Origin: Camelus dromedarius
Taxonomy: Eukaryota
DNA: 64,000 nt
Direction: 5' to 3'
Assembly: GCF_036321535.1 (NCBI RefSeq)
Contig: NC_087436.1
Coordinates: forward strand, 75,022,001 to 75,086,000
Shown here: positions 13,281-24,202 of the stretch, in pieces
How positions within the stretch are numbered: position 1 is the first letter of the stretch
Layout: every line of letters starts with the position of its first letter
The notes under the pieces: generated by a model
Seen by the model: the letters and a program-made list of their open reading frames with translations, nothing else
What the model was told of the DNA's origin: nothing
The model's database searches: none
Translations under genes and position numbers: made by a program

Positions 13281-14039
13281 TTCATGAAATTTAGCTTCCA
13301 TTTTACCGGTGAGGATGCATTCTGTCCAAGATCACATGGTAGAATGCAAGGACACTTGGCCAATGTTATGATTGTCCTGTGTGTCTTAATAACGCAGTAA
13401 CCTGAAACCTAGTCACTTCAAGATCCACTTCACAGGGGTGATTCTACTTTTGAGGACTTCTAAAAGGCTGGCCAACATCAAGGCCACTGTAAAAAGAGGA
13501 TCCTCAGGGTCAGTGACACATTCACATTGGAACCTTGGTAGAAAAGACAAATTAGGAGGCACTGAGCTTGCAGCCTAGAGACTTGTTCATGTTAGCAACC
13601 TGTTCCAAAATAATCTGTTATTATCTTCCCTAAACACTTATTAAGCTGGACAGTTGTTTGTTTGGTTTTGTTTCACTCTGTCAAGAATAATCTGGTCTCA
13701 ATCACACCATACCTCAGTATCATTTTTCCACTGAATATCCTTAAACATAGTTTTGAGAATTCCTAATTATTTCACTGTGTGCACCTACCCTCTCCCTTCC
13801 AAAATTCTCTAATTTGATGCCTTTACTCTAAGTAAAAAACTTCAACATTTTCCCCTGTGTCATAAACAGAAGAGGATTTGGAATGTGAATTGTTAAAGGA
13901 TAGGGAGCACGTCAATCTTTATATCCCACAAAGCATCTTGTTCACAGCAGATATTGGAATGTTTCTTGAATAAATTTACTCTAGGTCTTGGCAGGTCCAC
14001 CTGTTGAAACTGATGAATATTGGTAACTCAGCAGATTAT

Positions 14040-14235
14040 CTGTCTATCAGCCAGGATGGGCTAGATTATGCTATAATAACAAACCTTCATTGCACTAAGA
14101 CACTGAGATTTGGTGGTTGTTTTTCACTGGCACTACATGCCCTATGTAGGTAAGCAGGGGAGCTCTGTTCTTCAGTTACTCGAGGATCTAGGATGAGACA
14201 TTTGCTCTCAACATATGCTTCTAGGATCACCAAGG

Positions 14236-14288
<53 letters not shown>

Positions 14289-14385
14289 ACACATTGTACA
14301 CTGGCTCTTAAAATCTCACTCAGAAGTGACACATGTCCCTCAGCTCAGATTCTTCAGCCAAGGCAAGTCTCATAACTTGGCTATC
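14040..14385 (-). mobile_element. Old MaLR LTR remnant (MLT1K/L-like) hosting a (TA)n array
   Basis: tcagccaggatgggctagattatgctataataacaaac...ctggctcttaaaatc...cagaagtgacacatgtc...gccaaggcaagtc. Confidence 0.55.
14237..14285. repeat. Perfect (TA)24 microsatellite
   Basis: Read directly from the sequence. Confidence 0.98.
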
Positions 14386-14539
14386 TTCTGAATCTATTCT
14401 AAACAAAGTATTATTTAAACATTAACATAGTTTTCACTAGAAGAAAAATATAGCATGAATCTGTAATTTTCTGCCTGAATTACCCTGTCTCCCTACTTCA
14501 CAAGAGATGTGCTGACCTTAAAGCAGACACTTATACTGC

Positions 14540-14605
14540 ACACATTAAAAAGTAAAAAACCAAGACAAAGGTATGCAGTTGCAAAATGGCCATTTATTGC
14601 CTACA
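14540..14605 (-). terminator. Distal cleavage/polyadenylation site
   Basis: Sense strand reads TGTA-GGC-AATAAA (hexamer 14593-14598), then a CA at 14574-14575, then the GU/U-rich downstream element TTTGTCTTGGTTTTTTACTTTTT. Confidence 0.75.
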
Positions 14606-17600
14606 GGGGAGGGAAAGGGAAGGAGAGACGGGGAAGTACACAGGTGCAAGGAAACAAGCATATATTTAGCCCTATACATCATGTGTGAGCAGTACCCAAT
14701 CTCCAAAATGGAAAAAAGTATTTTGTCATCTGACATAGTAGTTAAGGTTCTTAAGCACCTCCCTCCTGAGCTGCCACAAGATTTAAAAGGCAGGACTGCT
14801 TTGTTTAGTCAATGTTCACATTAATGAAAAAATACTACCACCCAACTGTGTCCTTTTGCACGCACACTTTGTACAGTGTCTACTGTGAAAAACATCTCAG
14901 CTGAGCAGTTTGGTCAAGATTCAGACCTCATCAACTGTTTAACTGTAATAAATAGAAAAATAAAGCAGCTGGTGATTTTGTCAGAGAGAATGTGTTCCAC
15001 AAGAATGGAACCAGTTTCTCCAGCGATGACAGGGTGTTAAATGATGAGAACACCACAGAGCCAGTCTATTACACATTAAACACTAGTAAGCTACAATTAC
15101 ATGGCACTTCATTAAATCTTCTAATTTAAAAAAAGGAAAGAAAACCTCAGATTTTAAACTGATTATTAGAACACAATAACAAGTTGATTTAGCACTTGGC
15201 TTTTTCTTAGGACAAAAGCAAAGTAAATACACAACCTTAAACAGTAGAATTTGTTTTGGAATAGAATCAATAGAAACTACTAAGTATTCCGGGAAAAAAT
15301 TACCAAAACTTCTTGCTCAGTTTTGAACTCATGTGCTTTGCTTTCCAACCATTAAATTAGTTACAAAAACACTTTATAGGCCACAGAATGACTCAAATGT
15401 ATGCAAAACAATGAATTATTAATTTAATGCCAAGGAATGAAAATAAATGAACCCTTCCCTATTCAAATGGTAAACTGAGTGGAAGAGTAGGTCATCTCAT
15501 GGACGATTAGTTGGCACTTGTTTTCTGGTTGAAAGAAATCACAATAAGAAAATATAAATCCACGGTGAATTTGACCAATACCCTGGCCTTTTCAGAGACA
15601 AAAGGTACAGACACACTCTGAAAAAAAAAAAAAAAAAAAAACCCAAAACAAAACAAAACCAAAACCCACCTCCCTCCATACCACCCCACTCCACTCAGAG
15701 ACAACAAAACCCGAAGTTGAAACATTCATCCCAACCTCGAAATATACCAAGTACTCCACTGAACTCTATTCCTTAGCTTCTCCTAGATGAAAGAATTGCT
15801 TGCTTCTGGACAACTGTACGAATGCCCATAGTGCACTTCTCAGTGCTGCTGGTGTTTAAGAAATTTGCCACTCACAACACTGAACAATTCCAGATCCAGT
15901 GTGCAGTAACACAGCCATCCAAATCCCTCCCCCACCCGAAAAGTTGGCAGAGCACCGCTCAGAAATTTCAAAGGTAAGGAAATATATTTTTAGCAAGTTA
16001 AGCACAGAGAAAAGACAGCAGTTTCTGAATAAATACACCCGCAGACTACTGCATCAAGATTGAAACAAGTAGCTGGAAACTAAGCCTGTTCAGTAAGAAG
16101 CAAAGCCATTGTCTGACACATCAACACTGAGCCAATTGTGTTAATTAACTAATTAAACAAAGGGGTACATATAACCATTGATACATGGAAAGAAAATACA
16201 GCCGTATATCAGTAATTAGAAATTAATACAAAACTGAAATGAGCAAGAAATGACCATTTCTCAGAGGGCTACCATGATTCTTATATTTTAGGGTTAAAAG
16301 TGACAGACATACAAATAAGGAAATTATCTAAATTCGGGTAGACTGTTGTAACAAAAATAACTACTAATAGGCGCCAAACTATGTCTTCTGAAAGTTTCTG
16401 GAAAGTGAATATACCCAATGCTACTGTGCCAAAAGAGTCATATCACTTGGCATTTGCGTACCTTCTTCAAAATGGGATTTTCTAATGACACAATTTCTCA
16501 TTTCAGTACAATGCTACCAAGTTTATACCATGTGCCATAAAAAATTAGCATTTAATAGGTAGAAATGTTCTTATTTCATATGCTTTGAAAGTGAAAATTA
16601 TTTTACTTAAAAACATTCCATTACTTCAATGTCATAATGTTTGTTGAATGAAACCTCAACATGCTTGTTTTCCTTTGGTTCCAAGAATAACCCAAGCCTA
16701 ACCGAACAAACTTATGCTGAAAGGAATTATTAACTACGTTAATAAAGCTTGCTTTTCCTGGTACCTCCTTATTTCTTACCGGAGAACTTGTGATTTAACA
16801 GAGAATCTTACACAAAGACAGTACTTGGTTAAAACAAGAAAACAGGCATGTTCTCCCTTACCACCTTCCTGAAAATAAGGTTTTTTTCCCCCCTTTTTTT
16901 CTGTGGATCTTGTTCAGAACACCCTGCAGTGTAAGTATAAGAATTTTCTTTTTCTATTTACCCTTAAGCTTTAAGGTGACACATAATAAAGATTATTGTG
17001 CTGTAAAGGAAAGATGCTTTTGGTATCCTGTTCTTAAACAGCATACAACTTTGGTAAATAAGCCAGGTTAAAGATGTACAAACTTACTCATGCTTGAATT
17101 CAAATTTAGTGACCATGATGCTGTTAGAAAATTAAAATCACTCAAAGCAACCATAAGTATAAAAGTTCTCATCTGTCTATAAATTCAAAGCTTTCACTGA
17201 AGTTCCTGGCTTAGAAAAATATTCTTATTTCCCTAGTTAATTTGTATACCTATAATTCAGAGAGTTCTACAAACATGATACAATACAGAAGGAAAGGTTA
17301 AACAAATCTTCCACACATTAGATTTTTTTTTTTTAAAGGGGGAGGGCAGGTGGAAGAAAAAGGATAACTTACAAATGTGAGAATTCACATCTCTATCAAA
17401 ACATAAGTATATATGAGTGCTATTTTGGAAATGTACCATAAAGTCTTTGCTTGCTTTAAAACCATATCCTTATGGCCTGTTAAATGTATCAGAAAAGGAT
17501 GTCTTCTGTGACTGAAGCTACTCATCAGTCTGCATTTTACCAAGCTATTAAAATCCTTCAGAAGCTCGGAGTATAAGGCCTTATAATCAAAGAAGTAAAT

Positions 17601-20600
17601 ATTGGGACACAGTCAATTTCTACTGCTAGAAAATCTAGCCTTGGATTGGGAATGACGAACCATATGCCTTTGGTTCCACAGAAGAACATATATTTAACCT
17701 ATTTTTTTTTGTGTGTGCTTTCTCTATTCCTTGCCATTAGACTTGAAAGTATAGATGGCATTAATGAGTTTTAGAAACTCTTGGAAATGCAAATACAAAC
17801 TTAATTTTTCACCCAGTAGCAGCGTATTTAGGAGATACAGTTTTAAAGTGGAACACAGTATGTTTGCTCACATTCAATTCTGTAACAACCTGCCATAGAA
17901 TCAAGTGATATGAGCCTTCCATCTCTTTCAACTTTCTCCCTTGCTTCTCTGTGATTTTTATAACTTGAAAACACCAAAGAATAGGGACAAATAAGAAATG
18001 AAGCTTTATATTTCTGCGAACTACAACACTAAAACACAGTGGCTTCTTTAATACATTCACACAGGATGCTTATTAGTAAAACTAAACAGTTGCCTATGAA
18101 TATCAGAAAGTAATTGAAAAGAAAGAGCTTGGAACAAGGCAAATGGGAGGGAGGAAAAGCTGGTCTCAGAACCCATTGTGCCATACCTGACTTTAACATG
18201 TGATATTCAAACGAACGTTCACACGCCTTACATCAAAGAAAGGAAACAAAAATATTCAGCTACGTTGTACAAAATTTTTTTTTTACATAAAACATCATAA
18301 ATCTTGAACAGATTTACTATATCTGAATTCTAAAAAGTTGCCTATAGAATGGTGCTGGGATTCTGTTCTCTGCTTGCTTTTAGGCAGTGCTGTTGCTTAA
18401 AAGTTGACACCAGGCACAATATTTTAAAACAAAGTCAACAAGCAAGGAGCAGTAAGTGGATTTGAGCCTTTCCCAGATGTCAGTCCTGAGGATGCTGCAA
18501 TATTCCCCATCAAAATGTGTAAAGCTATGAGGCGGATACTGAAGCCTGAGAGAGTGGGTGACTTGACATGCACTTGTATGACTGCTGTAATGGCAAACAG
18601 TGCAGTTTTCCCTTCCTCAAACAACACTGTTTCAATAAATTTAAAGAACACTCCAGTTCTTAGACAAATATCAGAAATCATATTTAACAGTTAAAAAAAA
18701 ACCACATAATCACAATCTAAAAATGCCCAAATTTTCTTTTATCTTCAGATAAAATATGCAGCAGCCCCCATGGCATAAAGCTTATTAACTTATTCTGAGA
18801 TCTAGAAAGTATGTGAGCATAAATATTTCACTTTCATTGAATATACACCAAATGTCATTCACCTCTTCCTTTTGGCTTTTCATGCCAAAGTTCCAAGTGG
18901 CATGCGTTTTTAACAGACAATACTGAGGAGAGCAGCATTTCTGATCATCTGAATTGGCAGCTCAAAACAGATACCACTCCTTTCACAGAGGGAACAAAGG
19001 GTGTGTGAAATTTGGGCAGTGGGCTAAAGGGAAACCGTGCACATGAAATTTGGGTTACCATGCCCCAGGTATGTTTGCCACCCAAAACAGAACACAATTA
19101 CCTACTTCAACAGAGCTACTGCCAACATTTACTAAAACCACATTAAAAATACACAGGATAATGAATGGTTTGAAAGAGTGCATTTGGAAGCAGAGAGAAC
19201 CCAATTACACACCTTCCTGCAACAGAGTGCCTCGATCATACACAAAATAAACTTAAGCTGTTTACAATGTTTCCCAATTTTTTTTATTTTTCCCTCTACA
19301 TTTAACTATTAAAAAAGTTTTTTATTAATAAATGGGCTCCTCTGTGGTTCATATACAATCATAAGTGAACTTTAAATTCCATTTTATACAAACATCTCAA
19401 AAAATATTGGGAGTGAAGTATGGTAGGAAATATTGCTCACATTGCTAATTAACATGCGTATATGAAAGGAGGAAAATGTTTTGTTAGTGCATATACCTCC
19501 AGAGCAGAAAACCCACCCAAAACAAAAGATTTAAAATAAAACATACAGTAGCTGATTACAAAAAAAGGTAATGTCCACAAAATTAAGTTTTTCATGCTAT
19601 TCTACTTTCCAGTACTATGCTTCAGGTAATCAATTTGCATGGCTAGATGTTGAATGCTTGAGGTATATAAGAAGGGATACCTGCACACTGAGGAAAATCT
19701 GTCATCTCAAGGGTTGCTTCTTTGTTTATTTTGTTTGTTTGTTCTGGTACCTTAACATTTTTCAAAGAATATTTTATTTACATCAAACTTCACTCAACTA
19801 CAATGACATTCCAATTATAATAGATGACAAACAACGCCTCTGTCACTAGGCACTTTTAAAAGGGAGTTTAGGCTTTACAGAACCCTTCTGATGCAATCCC
19901 ATATATGATATTACATCATCCCACCACCCTCGTCCCACTAAAATTACCCTTCAGGGGAAATATTACCTTATGTAGCCTGATTAATTTACTATGGAAGAAA
20001 TTAGTATAAAATGACCAAAGGAAATGCATCATTTAAGACTAGTAAAACAGCCTAAGATGTCAGGTTTGAAAGAGGAGACAAATTGTATATATTTAAAACT
20101 AATTAAATAATTTAAATTTGACTTGTACTTTATATATTAGTGAGACACAAATATAGGTAATTTTCTTTTAAAATTTCATTCACATAATGGAAAATTTCTT
20201 GTTTATTAAAAATATCACATTTTGAGACTAGAAACAGTAAAGTGCATGAAAAGTTTAAAATATAAATTTCAGAAAACTCTTATAGCAGCAAAAAAGCAGA
20301 ATAAAGAAAAACTTAAAAACACAGACACAACCTTTTCCTGTTACTGTGCCATAATTAACATCAAGTAGCCAACCAATTCTTCCCCCAGAAAACGGTATTT
20401 CGTTCACTGCCTCTTGAGTCACAGATTTTCAGCTGGCCCCTCCTGGGCGAAAAAAAGATTCCAACATATCTAAAGAGCATCAACAATTGGGAATAAACCA
20501 GTAGCTTCTTAATTCAACCCTGACAGACAACGGAAACAAAGATTAAAAGCATATAATGGCCATTTGGCAACTAGAGTCAGGAAAAATGATGCAAGGTTTT

Positions 20601-21705
20601 CAACTACTCCCTGTTCTCTCCCCAAATCCTTTCCATTGTCACGTCAAAAAGCCAAAACCAACAGCCACTTGACCTACTTTGGGAAACACATGAAATATTT
20701 GTATATCTTTCCCCTTCTAAAACGTTGATCAGGGTCTTTTCATTCATTAGTTGTTTTTGTTTGTTTGTTTTTAATATTTGACTATTAACAGCAAAAATGA
20801 TACAGATTATATAATATCTGTTTTTCCAGCACAACCAGGCAGAAAGGGGTGGATGGAATCAATAAAAATTACTAGAGACTAATTTTGTGGGTAGCCTAAA
20901 TAGACCAAATTCTGTTTCCAGGATGTGTGGCAGTAGAAATTACCCGCTGTTTTCCTGTAAATAAACTGGAGAGACAGGCTTAGAATTAATACTTCTAATA
21001 AGGTTACAATTAATAGGGGAACAAAGTACAGAATGATTCCTCAAAAAAAAACAAAACAAGAAACAACCAGCGTTTGCCCAACAAATTGTCATGTGCTGTT
21101 AAATGCTTGGTTTTGAAAGCATATTGTGCAAACCATCTTTAAATTCTCAGTTTTTCTCATTATGGCTAGTTTATGTACAGATCTAGCAAATTTAAGTGCT
21201 TTGTTAATGTGCAAATAACTGGGGAGCCAAAAATCAGTTTGTTATCATGGAGAAGAGAAATTCAAGAAAGTTTCCTGCAAGGCATGCCATCATTCAGTTT
21301 AAAATTTCATATTTATAGTTTTAAAAAATTGCCTTTTACAAAAATGGTTGGTTCATTTGAAGCCATTCAAAACAAAGTATTTGTTCTGGAAAAACAAATA
21401 CACTGTTGTTGGGCCTCAAACTGGTGATTTATCAATTATGGATGCTGACTCCTAATATAATATGAAGGTCCAACTTAAAAACACACTAAATTAAAAATTT
21501 GGAAAGAGAGTAATACTTTGGTTCCAGCCCTAGTGCCAAATGATACCAATATGCACAAAAGTGTACAAAATTTTATAGCAAACACATAATGAAAGGAACC
21601 TGAAGAAGCAGCTTAAGGATGGCCATACTTCACTCCTACATACTTTGATTTACAACTGTACAGGTCCATAGCAACAGATCCCCGTCTTTACGGGGCAGTA
21701 CTCCA
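14574..21705 (-). promoter_or_regulatory. CNOT6L: CNOT6L long 3'UTR (~7.1 kb)
   Basis: No recognisable interspersed repeat between the stop codon and the distal AATAAA, unlike both flanks. Rich in seed matches and U-tracts. The length agrees with my recollection of the ~7-kb mammalian CNOT6L UTR. Confidence 0.8.
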
Positions 21706-21918
21706 CTACCTCCGATTAGGCAAGTGAACACCATTGACAAGAGGCAGGAGTGGAGGGTGGAGTTCAAGTTGTGTTAACAGTGAGAAGTGGTCTGAAGGGA
21801 TGTGAGGGTGTGGACACCCAGTGATGTTGTTCTCAACCAGCCATTGAGGATCTAAAGGCCCCAGGACACCAAGCACGTTCATATGAGTCTTGGAATAGAA
21901 AATGTAGTCAATCACACC
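21706..21918 (-). CDS. CNOT6L: CNOT6L terminal exon, coding part (D489, H529): GVIDYIFYSK...PSDHFSLL...LPNRR*
   Basis: Acceptor tctcttttcag|GGT. TAG stop at 21706-21708. Matches ORF 21706..21915. Confidence 0.98.
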   Translation of the reverse strand, partial: GVIDYIFYSKTHMNVLGVLGPLDPQWLVENNITGCPHPHIPSDHFSLLTQLELHPPLLPLVNGVHLPNRR

Positions 21919-23841
21919 CTGAAAAGAGATTGGGAGCAGAGGAAAAAAAAGGAAAAAAAAATGCTTAGATAAAAGAAAAACTCAAGGTATATAAAAGAAC
22001 AATTCATACTCTGCAAAAGCCAAATATCTGAGTAACCTGTATTTCTGGTACCTGTTGTCTTGACAATGGGTCAAATAAAGCTCAAAGCTTGAATGGGTAA
22101 ATTACATGAAATAAAGGTGGCTGAATAGGGAAACACAGTAGCCTACTGGAATCACAAAGCCTTGCACTTGTGTATAAGTGGTAAGCAAACTGAGACACTA
22201 ACAATAAGCACACCAAATTTTGTCTAGGTATCTTTAAAACTGGCGTGCTTGGGTCAGTGAAATCTAATATATCAATAAAAACATTATGGAAACTGCATTA
22301 ACTCTAACAGATACAATAATCAGAAAATAAGGATATTTATATAAATACAACCACAGTTAATGCACAGTTACAACAAATTAATTCTTTTAATGATAACTGG
22401 CATTACTTTTAGTTATTTGTAAATCAAGATATCCAAACACATCTGAATGAAGCCAAGGTAAAGCACATTTTTAGATTTGCTAATCCCAGTTTGGTTTTCC
22501 CAGATTTTATACATACATATAAAATACTGCACACATTTAATCATTCTAACCTGTTCTTTAGAATGCTGTTTTCACAAATCCTGGTGTACTGTAAATTCTG
22601 GATACCCTGCTGCACAACGATACCTCAGCAAAAACAAACATTCAGCAGAGACCTACCTATGTATTCAGTCGCAACTCTCAGGGCTAGATGATTTGGTTTA
22701 CCTGAGCAGTAAGTTTCAAAACTAGTGTGCCTTTTTTTGCCCCAGGCTGTGCATGCAAGAGAGCTTCCTATCCACTGCATAAGAGCCTGAGCCCAAGAAT
22801 GGAGAAATACTTCCACACCTTAAAGTACCTATTTATAAATACTATACATAGTGAGCTCTAGCTAGTATTTTAAGTGGTATCACAGCAAAAATGGGCTACT
22901 TAAAAAAAAAAAAAGAAAGAAAGAAAAGACAAAGAACTTAATGGAAAAAATTATACTATGAAATTTTGGAAACAATGACCTTAGTTTGTAGATTTGACAC
23001 GACCAAGACTAAAACAATGAAATAGTTCTTTTGAGGGAGAGGGCGTTACTCAACATTAGATACCTTAATCTCACTTTACCACAAATTAAGGAGCCCACTT
23101 GAATCCAGGGGAAGACTTTCTGCCATTCATGCTCCAAGTTCAGACAGTCAAGAAATGATATTATCCCTTCATTTTGGCTAATTGTTTAGTTTCCCAGTGA
23201 CGTTTTAGGAAAAGGGTTAAAAGAGAGTGGTTTTACTTTCTTTTATGAGACTGCCCCTTGCTTCAGCTATAAGTAAACAAAACACAAGTTAAATATTTTA
23301 AATTACTTATGTTGAATAAACCCCCTACATCTTATCACTTTGTTATAGAGCATCATTATGCACATCAGCTACTAGAGCTATGCAGAAATCCTTTGCAAAC
23401 ACAGGCCCCAAGAAAGATGTCAAACACTCCAGAAAGTAGGATGCATTTAATTGGAGACATCACTCATAACTATTAACCTCTTCTGAATCAAACTGTTTCT
23501 TTTTTAAAAGACCATATATAACATGGGAAAATAGTCTTTATATTAGTAAAGTTCTAGTTAAGTCTATAGAACTGTATTTGATAAAAAAAGTAAAATCAGG
23601 AAAATAGTTTAAGCTAGCATTATGCTTTGTTTTGTAAAAGAATATGAAAAAATTATCCACCAAGAATTTCATAATGTAACAGAAAGATTTACTCCTTGAC
23701 ATAACAGGAAAACTGTCCTTCCTTTTTTCATTAATTGGTTCAGACACACCCTTAGACTGGTTGCAGGGGGGTGGGCATGAGGTCTGTCTGTGTAAGCAGC
23801 AGCAGTAAGTTTGAATTAGGCTGTTTATTCAACTTACTTGG

Positions 23842-24202
23842 TGTTATGGACTGAATGTTTGTGTTCCCCCAAAATTCATATGTTGAAATCCTAACCCCCT
23901 AATGTGACTGTGTAAGGAGGTGGACTTCTGGCAGGTGATTAGGTCATAAAGGTGGAAGCTTCACAAATGGGATTAGTGTTCTATAAAAGGGACCCTAGAG
24001 AACTCTCTTGCCCTCTCCACCATGTGAGGATGCAGTGAGAAAACAGCTGTTTGCAACCCAGAAAAGGACCCTCATTAGAACCCGACCAAGCTGGCATCCT
24101 GATCTTACACTTCCAGCCCCCAGAACTGTGAGATAAATTTGTTATTTTAAAAGCCACACAGTACATGGTATTCTGCTTTAGCAACCTAAACTCACTAAGA
24201 TA
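23842..24202 (+). mobile_element. Solo MaLR LTR (MLT1A-like) in intron 11
   Basis: Begins tgttatggactgaatgtttgtgttcccccaaaattcatatgttgaaatcctaaccc and ends ctaagata. 5-bp TSD cttgg/cctgg. Confidence 0.9.

Noticed and set aside
14087..14375. ORFs with YIYIYI runs
   Set aside because: Artefacts of translating the (TA)24 microsatellite.
20084..20091. TGTATATA Pumilio element
   Set aside because: It lies on the + strand, antisense to the CNOT6L mRNA.
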